NCBI GenBank assembly: GCA_051003195.1 | Contig: JBPCLP010000053.1 | Location: forward strand, 32,001 to 96,000 | Source: Candidatus Sumerlaeaceae bacterium | GTDB taxonomy: Bacteria > Sumerlaeota > Sumerlaeia > Sumerlaeales > Sumerlaeaceae | Direction of reading: 5' to 3' | Length of the DNA: 64,000 nt | Part shown: piece after piece, positions 42,866 through 52,171 of the stretch | Numbering within the stretch: position 1 is the stretch's first letter | How the letters are laid out: every line of letters starts with the position of its first letter | The notes under the pieces: model-generated | What the model saw: only the letters and a program-made list of their open reading frames with translations | Told to the model about the DNA's origin: nothing | Databases searched by the model: none | Position numbers and translations under genes: made by a program

Positions 42866-44056
42866 ATGGCTAAAGATGAAACGATGAAAGTGTTGCTCGC
42901 CATCTGCGATGGCCCTTTTCGAACCGCTATCGGCATCGCTTTGCAGGAAGCCAACTTTCTGTTGGAGTTCGAGGAGACGGATACTTTGGAGTCCACTCTG
43001 AGTTGCTTACGGGCCTCCAGACACGACTGCATTGTGGTGGACTTTTTCGATGCCAATGGAGAAAAGATGGCGCTCAACCTGCTCGGCAGGATGCAGGGTG
43101 AGAGAAATGTAACTCCTGTTGTAGTTTTAACGGGTGCCGAGCCTGAACTTGTTGCGATGGAAGTGCTGAAGGCAGGCGCTGTCGATTACCTGATCAAGGC
43201 GCGACTGACACCCTATGCCCTTGCGCAAAGCATATTGCTGGCTGTGCAGATCGCGCGCGAACGCCGGAAAATTAAAGACTCCGCTGCAGCGCCTCATCCG
43301 GACTGTGAAGAATTCGTGCGGGCGCGCGATGCGGCCCTGGAGGCGAGCCGCGTGAAGGCACAGTTTCTGGCCTTTACGACTCATGAGCTGAAAACACCGC
43401 TCAACTCGATACTTGGCTACGCTGAAATGATTGAGGAAGACCTGACAAAATTAGGCCAGGAGAACATTGCTGCCGATGTTCTAAAGATTCGCGAAGCCGG
43501 ACAGCATCTGGCCCTTTTAATAGCCGACCTGTTGGACCTGTCAAAAATGGAAGCTGGAAAGCTGGAGCTCCACTACGAGCCGGTCGACGTAAAAGAGATC
43601 ATTTCGCGGGCACTGGTTTTTGTGGCAACCGTGATTCGCGCCAACAGCAACACGGTCTCGGTGGAAATCGACAATAATGTTACCGTAGTGCAGGCGGACG
43701 ATGTGCGACTGCTGCAAATCCTCGTGAACATGCTGTCGAATGCGGCAAAGTTCACGCACAATGGGAAGATCACGATTCGTGCGCAGCATGAAGACCGCCA
43801 GGACCGGCGCTGGCTGGACGTAAGTGTCACCGATACGGGAGTTGGAATCACGCCGGAGCAAATCCAGCGGCTGTTCGAACCCTATGTTCAGATGGATTCA
43901 AAAAAGCACAGGCTCTCTGGAACGGGGCTCGGGCTGACCATTAGTCGTCTGCTATGCTGGGCTATGGACGGAGAAATTACCGTGGTCAGCAACCCGGGCG
44001 AGGGCACAACTTTTACAGTAAGTCTTCCTGTGGCAGCCGTCGAACCAGGGGCGTAG
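42866..44056 (+). CDS. Hybrid REC-histidine kinase
   Basis: N-terminal receiver-like domain (GAVDYLIK), THELKTPLNSILGY, NAAKFT, GTGLGL. Confidence 0.9.
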   Translation: MAKDETMKVLLAICDGPFRTAIGIALQEANFLLEFEETDTLESTLSCLRASRHDCIVVDFFDANGEKMALNLLGRMQGERNVTPVVVLTGAEPELVAMEVLKAGAVDYLIKARLTPYALAQSILLAVQIARERRKIKDSAAAPHPDCEEFVRARDAALEASRVKAQFLAFTTHELKTPLNSILGYAEMIEEDLTKLGQENIAADVLKIREAGQHLALLIADLLDLSKMEAGKLELHYEPVDVKEIISRALVFVATVIRANSNTVSVEIDNNVTVVQADDVRLLQILVNMLSNAAKFTHNGKITIRAQHEDRQDRRWLDVSVTDTGVGITPEQIQRLFEPYVQMDSKKHRLSGTGLGLTISRLLCWAMDGEITVVSNPGEGTTFTVSLPVAAVEPGA

Positions 44057-44059
44057 AGG

Positions 44060-44103
44060 GTACCAGCAAAGACCTCCGTTTGTCCGGCGCACGAAAAGTG
44101 TAC
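44060..44103 (-). repeat. Duplicate of the mazF/pemK 5' region
   Basis: 41/44 nt identical to 45417-45460. Confidence 0.85.
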
Positions 44104-44118
44104 GTTTCAAGCCGGAAA

Positions 44119-44171
44119 TGGTCGGTGTGGCAGGACTTTAACCCGCGACTTCAACGTCCCGAACGATGCGC
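44119..44171 (-). pseudogene. tRNA-Pro(CGG) 3' remnant 1 (att-like repeat)
   Basis: 43/53 identical to the 3' part of tRNA-Pro 45846-45922; no 5' acceptor strand or D-arm; T-loop damaged. Confidence 0.85.
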
Positions 44172-44432
44172 CGCGACTCGTTCTGCTTTTTTGACTTTGA
44201 TTCGTCCTGAGGCAGTAGGTTGTTTCTTCTTTTGGTAAGCTGGCGATACTGCTTCTATCTGGCGCACAGCTTCTGGTGAAAAAATCACTTCGCCACACTT
44301 CTGGCATTCCCAAAACTGCAGGCCGGGAACAACGTACGAAATGCCCTTCCAGGAGCGCCGAAGATCTCGTATAACAAGCTTCATCGCAGGATCATTACAA
44401 GTGGGGCAATTTCGAACTGATTTGGCTTTCAT
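44151..44432 (-). CDS. YgiT/MqsA-type zinc-finger protein (putative antitoxin)
   Basis: CPTC..VPGLQFWECQKCGE; 4-nt overlap with the upstream toxin-like gene. Confidence 0.85.
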   Translation of the reverse strand: MKAKSVRNCPTCNDPAMKLVIRDLRRSWKGISYVVPGLQFWECQKCGEVIFSPEAVRQIEAVSPAYQKKKQPTASGRIKVKKAERVAAHRSGR

Positions 44433-44752
44433 AGTGCCTGAGACCGTTTTGATGAGATGAACAGGTAAAAGTATTCTACTCCGCCTCTATCCACAAATTT
44501 GCCCTTGGTATAGATTGCGAGCCCATCGAGATTGGCGCTGATGATAATGTAAATTTTTTCGGACCGCCGTGCTTTGTATAAACTCCGGCTTCGTAAAGTT
44601 TTATAAATGGCGACGGCGCTGACAATGGATTCAACGATGTCGGCTTCCGTGAGGCCGTCGGCTTCCAGTTCTTCTGCGGCTTTCAGGCTAAATTCAAATC
44701 GACCAGTAAGCACAGCCCTTTTAATTTTGCGAAGAATATCTGTGTTCTGCAT
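44429..44752 (-). CDS. DUF4258-like putative toxin
   Basis: FSLKAAEELEADGLTEADIVESI..IYTKGK..FISSK; coupled to the Zn-finger gene. Confidence 0.7.
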   Translation of the reverse strand: MQNTDILRKIKRAVLTGRFEFSLKAAEELEADGLTEADIVESIVSAVAIYKTLRSRSLYKARRSEKIYIIISANLDGLAIYTKGKFVDRGGVEYFYLFISSKRSQAL

Positions 44753-44811
44753 AGTAGCAGCCTTCTGACCTGGAGCGCATACTCAACAACGTTGCTGAGA
44801 GAAATAGAAAA

Positions 44812-44867
44812 TGGTCGGGGTGGCAGGACTGTAACCCGCGACTTCATCGTCCCGAACGATGCGCGCT
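44812..44867 (-). pseudogene. tRNA-Pro(CGG) 3' remnant 2 (att-like repeat)
   Basis: 48/56 identical to the resident tRNA-Pro; 50/53 identical to remnant 1. Confidence 0.85.
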
Positions 44868-45106
44868 GAGGCCCTTTGCTGCTTTGCGTTTGGTGCGGCT
44901 CTTCTTCTGGAACGCGGGTGACACGGACTGACTTGTCTGACTGCCTCTGGGGAATACATTCTCTCGCCGCAGATGGCGCATTGCCAGAACTCGAGGTCTT
45001 TAACGGTGTATGGAGCCCCTGCGGATTGAAGGGTTACATCCTCGCGTCTAAGATCGACGGTGCGTTTACCGCATGTCGGGCATTCAAGTCCTTTGATTCT
45101 TTTCAT
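44844..45106 (-). pseudogene. Second YgiT/MqsA-type zinc-finger gene with a 1-nt frameshift near 44929
   Basis: CPTC..CAICGE..SPEAVRQ; shifting frame restores SVSPAFQKK..AHRSGR-stop as in the paralogue. Confidence 0.75.
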
Positions 45107-45156
45107 AAGCTTGTCGATGCAACGCTATTAGGCTGCGGCGGCCTAGGCGGAAACCG

Positions 45157-45486
45157 TTAATCTGCGAAGCCGAATGCCATTAGTAAGGCACTCCGCACAT
45201 CTGCCACAACGGGACCTGACAATGTGGTAATAAGGCTCCCTTCACCGTCCAGTTGCTCTCGGGCTACTGTGAAGACGTTGTCAAAAGTAACGACACATCT
45301 CTACGGCATTCCATCCTCCACATCCAGAATCACCTCTGAAGCCAGTCCGCGACGGTTCGTGGTAATGGAGGCCACTACCAGTTTTTCGAGATGATTAAGT
45401 ACCTCGGGTCGGCTAAGTACCAGCACAGGCCTCCGTTTGTCTGGCGCACGAAAAGTGTACCACCGCACATCAAGCCACCTCACCAA
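45157..45486 (-). pseudogene. mazF: PemK/MazF toxin with internal TAG at 45301-45303
   Basis: DKRRPVLVLSR..VASITT..SEVIL..DGMP*RCVVTFDNVFTV..LITTLS..ALLMAFGFAD; frame stays open past the stop. Confidence 0.8.
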
Positions 45487-45803
45487 CGCTCTTGCTCAAA
45501 CGCTCCGACATCATCCGGATGAACTGGAAACTCGTCGTTCGCGAGGGGATGCTTAGCGTAGGCCTCCTGCTCAATGAGTGCGCGTTGAACTCTGGGGATT
45601 CGATCCCATGGAACTCCGTTGTGTCCCCATCTCGGGTCATGATCGCGCTTCTGAACCGCACTCAATGCAGCATCCACAATGGCAGTGTCTAATTTCTGCT
45701 GCAGAAGTTCGGTGGCAACTTCTTCCATCGAGCGTCCGGAGCAACTCGCCAGCTTTTGCAGCTTTTCAACTCGTTCCTGGGCGATATTGACCGTCAAATT
45801 CAT
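45480..45803 (-). CDS. Putative MazE-like antitoxin (ribbon-helix-helix-like N-terminus)
   Basis: MNLTVNI..LQKLASCSGRSMEEVA; C-terminal EAYAKHP..DEF; overlaps the mazF start. Confidence 0.6.
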   Translation of the reverse strand: MNLTVNIAQERVEKLQKLASCSGRSMEEVATELLQQKLDTAIVDAALSAVQKRDHDPRWGHNGVPWDRIPRVQRALIEQEAYAKHPLANDEFPVHPDDVGAFEQERW

Positions 45804-45845
45804 GCGGTATCTACACGCGGTAAACATGCATATTTCAAGCAGAAG

Positions 45846-45922
45846 TGGTCGGGGTGGCAGGACTCGAACCTGCGACCTCATGCTCCCGAAGCATGCGCGC
45901 TAGCCACCTGCGCTACACCCCG
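45846..45922 (-). tRNA. tRNA-Pro(CGG)
   Basis: CGGGGTG/CACCCCG acceptor, CATGC-TTCGGGA-GCATG anticodon arm, GGTTCGAG, CCA; 77 nt. Confidence 0.95.
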
Positions 45923-45982
45923 ACTCGGGCCCGCCGGACTGCCAATCGGGCAGGTGCTTTTATGGAAGGACAGGGCCTTTAT

Positions 45983-46624
45983 TCAGTGCTGCGAAACCGG
46001 CGCGGACGGAAGGTTGAAGACCTCCGTCCATGCCTGCCGGACCTTTGGCCATACGAGGTACATGACGAGGCAGCCGCCCAGAAGTGTGAAGCAGAGCATC
46101 ATGAACGTGATGACTGGCTGGGCCGACAGCGGCAGGAGGATGGCGAAAACCATGCAGGTTTCCGTAAGCCCGGTGACGGGTGAGACGAATTTGTTGGTGC
46201 CCGCCTCGGCGGCGGCCAGCCGCGCGCCTGAACGGAAGCCATGGGTGATGAGGGCGAGGAATGCACCGATGAGCGCCATGATGGCGGCGTTAAAGATACC
46301 CGTGTGCAGCGTTGCCATCCAGCCGAGTGCCGCTCCGCCCAGCACTCGCAGCTTGCCGTTCCAGCGGTCCCAGCGCACGTCGCCGCCGGGGATCATGTCC
46401 ACCACGGTCTCGGTTACAGCCAGCATAACGACGGGCCAGAACACCCACGTATGGCCGAGGTGATGCAGCGCGCCGGGCAATGCACCGCCGGGGGCATAGC
46501 GGTGCAGCAACCCCAACGCCAGCAGCGTCTTGAACAGGCCCAGCCCGGCGCACCAGCTACACGCGGGCGCCAGCAACAGCAGAAATACAGCAGATGTATC
46601 CAGTCGATCCTGCCTCCAAAACAA
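45983..46624 (-). CDS. DUF4126-like membrane protein
   Basis: SWCAGL, ETVVDMIPGGDVRWD, PVTGLTE; multiple TM segments. Confidence 0.7.
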   Translation of the reverse strand: MFWRQDRLDTSAVFLLLLAPACSWCAGLGLFKTLLALGLLHRYAPGGALPGALHHLGHTWVFWPVVMLAVTETVVDMIPGGDVRWDRWNGKLRVLGGAALGWMATLHTGIFNAAIMALIGAFLALITHGFRSGARLAAAEAGTNKFVSPVTGLTETCMVFAILLPLSAQPVITFMMLCFTLLGGCLVMYLVWPKVRQAWTEVFNLPSAPVSQH

Positions 46625-46686
46625 TCCGCGCCGTCGCGCTTAAAAGGTTCTTGTCACCCCGACAACAAACTGGAGATTACCGGCCT

Positions 46687-48279
46687 ATGACAACTGACGA
46701 TCAACAAGTGAATGAGAGCGACCAGCCCGCCGAGAGCACTGCCGCCGAACCTGCCGCCGAATCTCAAATGGCCGCATTTGCCGGGGAGGCCGCCGAGCAG
46801 ATCCTGGAACCCGAAAACGCATTACCGGAAATTAAGCTGGAAGAGTTGCCTGACAGCCTGCGCGCGGCGGCCGCCAAAGCCAACTGGACACAACTGGCGC
46901 CGGTGCAGGCGAAAGCCATCCCGTATATGCTCGAGGGCCGCGATGTGATGGTGCAGTCGCGAACGGGCAGCGGAAAGACCGGGGCGTTCCTGCTGCCGAT
47001 CCTGGCGCGGCTGGATCCGCATCATCCCTACTGCCAGGCGCTTGTGATGGTGCCGACGCGCGAACTGGCCTCGCAGGTATATCGCGAAGCCGAGCACCTG
47101 GGGGCGGGCAGCGGCATTCGGACGGTCGCTGTGTATGGCGGCGTCGGGTACGGCCCGCAGATTGACGCTTTCCAGAAGGGCGCGCAACTGGTCATCGGCA
47201 CGCCGGGGCGTGTGCTCGATCATTTGATGAAGCGGTCGCTGGATCTCGAAGACCTGGAGATCGTGGTGTTCGACGAGGCGGACCGCATGATGAGCATGGG
47301 ATTCTATCCCGACATGCGCCAGATTCGCGGGTACCTCCCGCGAAAACGCAGTGGTTATATGTTCAGCGCCACGTACCCGGCGGGAGTGCAGAACCTGGCG
47401 CGAGAATTCCTGCATGAGCCGGAGTTCCTGAGCCTGAGCCATGGCACGGTGCACATCGCCAACATGGAGCACGTGTATTACGAGCTGCCGCCGATGGACA
47501 AGGACCGCTGCCTGGTGCGGATTATCGAAATGGAAAACCCCGCGAGCGCGATTATTTTCTGCAACACGAAGCAGCGCGTGAACTATGTGGCGACAGTGCT
47601 TCAGCGGTTCGGGTATGACGCTGACCAGCTATCGGCAGACCTGAGCCAGAAGGCGCGCGAGAAGGTGCTGGATTCGGTGCGTGCGGGAAATCTGCGCTTC
47701 CTGGTTGCAACCGATGTGGCCGCGCGAGGGATCGACATCGCGCACCTGAGCCACGTGGTGCTCTACGAGTTTCCGGAGGACCAGGAGAGCTACATTCATC
47801 GCGCGGGCCGCACCGGTCGCGCGGGTGCGAGCGGTGTGTGCATCTCGCTGGTTTCTTTCACGGAGATTGGCGAGCTGGAGCGTGTGGCCAAGCGCTACGG
47901 CATCGAGATGGAAAAGCGGGAAGTGCCGACGGACGAGCAGGTGCAGGCGATCGTATCGGAGCGAGCAACGGCGCTGCTGGAGCAAAAGTTGCGCAGCCGC
48001 GACCGTATCGAGTCCGAGCGCATGCAAAGATTTATTCCGCTGGCGAAGCGGTTGAGCGAGAGCGAGGATGAAATGAGTGTCATCGCAATGCTGCTGGACG
48101 ACTACTACCAGCAAACGTTGCATGCGCCCGTAGCCCTACCAGACGAACCACGCGAACCGCGCGCAAAACCAGAACCGCGCCCACCGCAGAGTGGCGGCAG
48201 GCCGCAAGGTGGCGGCCGTCCCGGTGGCGGAGGTGGTGGTGGACGTCGACGCAGTTCCGGGGGCGGCGGACGCCGTTAA
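46687..48279 (+). CDS. DEAD-box RNA helicase
   Basis: PVQ, TGSGKT, PTREL, TPGR, DEAD, SAT, ARGID, HRAGRTGR; RG-rich tail. Confidence 0.95.
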   Translation: MTTDDQQVNESDQPAESTAAEPAAESQMAAFAGEAAEQILEPENALPEIKLEELPDSLRAAAAKANWTQLAPVQAKAIPYMLEGRDVMVQSRTGSGKTGAFLLPILARLDPHHPYCQALVMVPTRELASQVYREAEHLGAGSGIRTVAVYGGVGYGPQIDAFQKGAQLVIGTPGRVLDHLMKRSLDLEDLEIVVFDEADRMMSMGFYPDMRQIRGYLPRKRSGYMFSATYPAGVQNLAREFLHEPEFLSLSHGTVHIANMEHVYYELPPMDKDRCLVRIIEMENPASAIIFCNTKQRVNYVATVLQRFGYDADQLSADLSQKAREKVLDSVRAGNLRFLVATDVAARGIDIAHLSHVVLYEFPEDQESYIHRAGRTGRAGASGVCISLVSFTEIGELERVAKRYGIEMEKREVPTDEQVQAIVSERATALLEQKLRSRDRIESERMQRFIPLAKRLSESEDEMSVIAMLLDDYYQQTLHAPVALPDEPREPRAKPEPRPPQSGGRPQGGGRPGGGGGGGRRRSSGGGGRR

Positions 48280-48338
48280 CTAGAGAGCAGAACTAGAGAA
48301 CAAAACTCCGCTGGGGAGTCTGCTCGCGTTTGCGGTAC

Positions 48339-49184
48339 TCAAATCTTCTTAACCACGAATTCATTGCACCCCATGCCGCCGCCGCAGGTCTTCATCTTCA
48401 CCAGTTCAAAGCCGCGCGCTTTGTAGAACTCGAATATCTGCTCCGGCTTCGCGACTTCAAACGGGTACCCGCCGATCCAGTCCACCAGGTTGATCCACGG
48501 GCTCATCCCGCGATCCTTTTTGTAGGTGCGCCACAGGTGGTTCGGCTTTCCACGCAATAGATCGTACACGGTCTGCGGGCCCCAAATGGTTGCGAGGGAT
48601 GCCGCCAGGATAACCGCTCGCATGGGCTTCGGGGATTTAACATACGCCTTTTTCACTTTAAGCCAGCGGCGGCTGGTGCCAGCCTGGTCGTTGTAGATGG
48701 CGATGAACAGTATGCCACCGGGCGCGACGCGTTCCCCTGCGTTGGCGAGTGCTTCCCACATGTGCCCGGTGTGGTGCAGTACGCCCCAGGAATAGACGAT
48801 GTCGAAGTGGCCGAGCCGCTTCATGAATTCGCGATCCAGCGCGGATCCGCGTTCCACCTGCCAATTTGGATCGTCCGGAAAATAGCGGCGGCGCAATTCT
48901 TCGGCGCATGCCACGGAGTTCGGATCGAAATCGAAAGAGTGCACGGTTGCGCCAAGCCGCCGTGCCGCGAGCGAGAAGAGTCCGCTGCCGTTGCCGATGT
49001 CGAGGAACGTACGACCGGTGAGGTTTTCGACATGCAGCATATCGCGCAGCGATTTCTCGGCTTCGGCAATGCGCTCGTCGTCGAGCGTCTTGAGAAAGCG
49101 TGCCCAATTCTCACCGAACTGAAACCGCTCTTCAAGCGGCATGTCTTTGTTCGAAGTATCCATGTTCGGCGGATCAACATTCAT
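48339..49184 (-). CDS. Class I SAM-dependent methyltransferase
   Basis: FLDIGNGSGLFS, FDIVYSWGVLHHTG, GGYPFE. Confidence 0.9.
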   Translation of the reverse strand: MNVDPPNMDTSNKDMPLEERFQFGENWARFLKTLDDERIAEAEKSLRDMLHVENLTGRTFLDIGNGSGLFSLAARRLGATVHSFDFDPNSVACAEELRRRYFPDDPNWQVERGSALDREFMKRLGHFDIVYSWGVLHHTGHMWEALANAGERVAPGGILFIAIYNDQAGTSRRWLKVKKAYVKSPKPMRAVILAASLATIWGPQTVYDLLRGKPNHLWRTYKKDRGMSPWINLVDWIGGYPFEVAKPEQIFEFYKARGFELVKMKTCGGGMGCNEFVVKKI

Positions 49185-49372
49185 CCGGCTGATTCGAAAG
49201 CAAGTGGGCTCTTAGCCTCATGGAATGTTTGCCGGATGATCGAACCGATCTAACGATACTGCGATCCACTGGCTGCTTTTTGCTCGCTTTTTTATTATGG
49301 GCCCTGTGAATGGATCTCTTTATGTTTCGCCACGTGCGCAACATGAGTAAAAATTCAGGAGGTCTCCCGGTT

Positions 49373-50251
49373 ATGCTCCGTTTCCCCTCTCTCCTTCGCC
49401 TCTCAGCATGTTCCGTACTTCTTCTTTCTTTCACCAGCAGTGCTCTCGCCGCCGCCTACACGCGAGTAGTGAGCTGGAACCTGCGCCATGAAGGCTGGAG
49501 TGGCGAGACTGATTATGCCGGCGACGCCGCACAAATCTGGAATCAGTTTGGGAGCAGCAGCACATCTACGAACGGCTGCGACGTGGTACTATGCCAGGAA
49601 GTTATGTATGCCACTGCGGCATCGGGTATCGCGAGCGCGCTGACATCCATCAGCGGCGTTTCGTGGTCTTACTCGTGCACCGCGGCGATTGGCCGCACGA
49701 CGTACAAGGAGTGTTACGCGGTCATTTATCGCACGGATAATGTCACGCTGCTTTCTTCGTCCGTGTATAACGATGTGAACGACTGGTTCGAACGTGAACC
49801 ACAGATTGTGAAAATCCGCGACAACAGAACGCTTGAGGATTTCACCTTTATTAACTGGCACACTATCTGGGGTACGGCCGCCGAGCGGCAGGCAGAAATT
49901 GAAAAGATTCATAACGTGTTCAACTCCGTGCAAAGTGGAAGCACCAGCGATGAAGACGTGATCCTGCTTGGCGACCACAACGCAGATGCAACGTCCAGCT
50001 ATTGGAACGTGTTCAAGAGCACTGCCAACGTCTCACCGCAGGTAGGATATTATGTAAACACGGCGACGACGATCAATTCCAGCGGCAGCTATGTGAGTGC
50101 GTATGACCATTTCTGGGCGCAGAGCACCTACCTGACGGAATACTCCAGCTCGGGACGCGACTACGTTGCGAGCCCGCTGAATCTATATAACGATCTGTCC
50201 GATCACGCGCCTATATGGCTGAAAATGTACTCGAGCGCTGACACGGACTAG
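49373..50251 (+). CDS. Secreted DNase I-like endonuclease/exonuclease/phosphatase
   Basis: SWNL, QEV, YKECY, FEREP, GDHNAD, YDHF, SDHAPI; signal peptide. Confidence 0.85.
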   Translation: MLRFPSLLRLSACSVLLLSFTSSALAAAYTRVVSWNLRHEGWSGETDYAGDAAQIWNQFGSSSTSTNGCDVVLCQEVMYATAASGIASALTSISGVSWSYSCTAAIGRTTYKECYAVIYRTDNVTLLSSSVYNDVNDWFEREPQIVKIRDNRTLEDFTFINWHTIWGTAAERQAEIEKIHNVFNSVQSGSTSDEDVILLGDHNADATSSYWNVFKSTANVSPQVGYYVNTATTINSSGSYVSAYDHFWAQSTYLTEYSSSGRDYVASPLNLYNDLSDHAPIWLKMYSSADTD

Positions 50252-50259
50252 TTCGAGGA

Positions 50260-52107
50260 TTGAACGGACCGGTGTCGCCCCGGCGATGGTGGATCATCGT
50301 CGGGGCGTTTCTATTAGTATTGGTTGCCGGCTTGATGTGGCAGACAGAGCGCAGCGGACGAGGCGTGGTTTCGCGCCAAGCCGCGCGAAGTGACGTGGGA
50401 GGCGAGCGGAGAGACGACCGGGTTGTCCGCTCGGCGCAGAGTGAAAGCAGGAGTGCAGGGCGTCGTGCCACCGGGGCGCCTGAAGTGCCGCGTGCTGAAG
50501 CTGCCGCCGTGATTACGACCAGCGTGGGCGTTCGTGCACGGCTCGTCGGCGCTGCAACTTCGGCTGCGGAAGGCAAGCTTGTGACGTACATTGCTGCGGC
50601 CGAAATCAATCCGGTGGACCTGGCGGAGCAGAACGCGCGTGCGGCCCGCGGTAATACCGGCGCGGGTGCATCTGATGTACTGGAACTGGCGAATGTGCTG
50701 TCGTGGACAAGCGCGAGTATTGCGGCCGACGTGCCTCAGCCAGGGGATGTTATTGCAGCCTCCCAGCTGCTGCCGATTGCGCCCGTTTACGAAATTGCGG
50801 CTTACGATTATGCGGACGACCGCATTTATCATCACCGAATCACGCACGCACAGGCGTTGCAGGCACAGGAGCCGATCGCGGTCGAGCCGGTCGCGGCGAC
50901 CGGGCTTTCGATCCGGCTGGTGAATTCGGAGGCGCTCGGCTCCGCGATCCAAGCGAGGATTGACCGACAGCCGAGCCGCGAGCGGGCAAACGCTGAATCC
51001 GCAAGCGCGCTGCTGCACATGATTAAACTCTTCAAACCTGAGCTTGCAGACGCGCTTATTGAGCAGGACGCGCTGTTGCTTGCGACTACCGCGACGACGA
51101 TCCTTGCTCCCCTACCGCAGGATCCGTCCGTCGGACTTATGCTGGCGACCGGGACTGGCATCGAAACCGGGCCCCTTGTTTTCGCGTTGGAGCCGGGGGT
51201 GATTCGAAATGTGGAGATCGATTGTGCGGCGCTATTTGAGACGCGTGATATCGTCGGCACGACACTTCGCGCGCGGGTGTTGCTTGAGCCAGACGACACG
51301 CCGCTAAGCGGCGCTGTAGTGTCGCGGATGAAAAACGAAATCCCAGGCGAACAGCACGTGACGAATAATGATGGTACCGTAAGCTTCGACGGAATTCCAC
51401 TTTCTACACCCACTGAGTTTCTTGTCGAAACGACGGCATCGAGTGCCCAAGGCCGGGCACTGGCTCCACGCACACGTTTCCAGTTTAAACCTCCGACCAC
51501 TACGTCGCTTTTGAGCAGTGCGACATGGAAACTGCGGCCATATTCGTGGCTGGTGATGGAATTGCCCGACGTGAAGCGAACGGCTGGCAGTTCCAGGGTA
51601 TCTATCGCAGGGCGCGAGTACGGTTTTCACTGGCCCGTTTATCTGCTTCAGAAGCGCGACAGAGGGGATCAACCCTGGAAGAATGACCGTGTGGATCAGT
51701 TTACTGAATCGGATAATACCATCGCAGTTTCGGTAAGTTCGCCGGGCGAATATCGGATCGGAATCGCGCACAACAGCGACGAGCTTAGCTATACTGAATC
51801 TGCATCGCCGGGGCTGGGCGAGGAGGCGCGCGTAAGTTTCGTGCGACGGCCGTCATCGGGTCGATACAGTATTTACCTTCGTAAGCCCGACGGCAAAATG
51901 TATGATGGTCCGGTAGCAATGGCTGGCCTGCACTCCAGCTTGCGCCCGCATAAGTTTATGCCCGCGAATGGCTCCGATGGATTCAAGCTTCCCATACCAT
52001 ACCAACCGTTCGAGGCAGAGTTTAGCGTTCCGGGTTATGCGCCGCTGCGTGCGCCGATCCCTTCCAATATGCCGCCTGACGCCGCACTGACGTTTGACTT
52101 GAAATGA
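50260..52107 (+). CDS. Membrane-anchored hypothetical protein with beta-sandwich segments
   Basis: 615 aa; N-terminal TM helix; PLSGAVV..TNNDGTVSFDGIP. Confidence 0.65.
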   Translation: MNGPVSPRRWWIIVGAFLLVLVAGLMWQTERSGRGVVSRQAARSDVGGERRDDRVVRSAQSESRSAGRRATGAPEVPRAEAAAVITTSVGVRARLVGAATSAAEGKLVTYIAAAEINPVDLAEQNARAARGNTGAGASDVLELANVLSWTSASIAADVPQPGDVIAASQLLPIAPVYEIAAYDYADDRIYHHRITHAQALQAQEPIAVEPVAATGLSIRLVNSEALGSAIQARIDRQPSRERANAESASALLHMIKLFKPELADALIEQDALLLATTATTILAPLPQDPSVGLMLATGTGIETGPLVFALEPGVIRNVEIDCAALFETRDIVGTTLRARVLLEPDDTPLSGAVVSRMKNEIPGEQHVTNNDGTVSFDGIPLSTPTEFLVETTASSAQGRALAPRTRFQFKPPTTTSLLSSATWKLRPYSWLVMELPDVKRTAGSSRVSIAGREYGFHWPVYLLQKRDRGDQPWKNDRVDQFTESDNTIAVSVSSPGEYRIGIAHNSDELSYTESASPGLGEEARVSFVRRPSSGRYSIYLRKPDGKMYDGPVAMAGLHSSLRPHKFMPANGSDGFKLPIPYQPFEAEFSVPGYAPLRAPIPSNMPPDAALTFDLK

Positions 52108-52171
52108 CAGGCGTCGGCGCCTTGCTACAGTCCCGCGTTGCGGGGCACTACCCGCGCACGATGCGGCCGTC

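Noticed and set aside
44119..44867. tRNA remnants as functional tRNA genes
   Set aside because: No 5' acceptor strand or D-arm, and the TTCGA loop is mutated (TTAAA, TTACA)
38348..45303. Genome-wide amber recoding suggested by two in-frame TAGs (38348, 45301)
   Set aside because: TAG ends many conserved genes normally here (e.g. FIST gene, trpG, M24 peptidase, Gfo/Idh/MocA); no suppressor or pyl genes seen
48278..48326. AACTAGAGA duplication and hairpin after the helicase gene
   Set aside because: Probably a weak terminator between convergent genes; too short to call confidently
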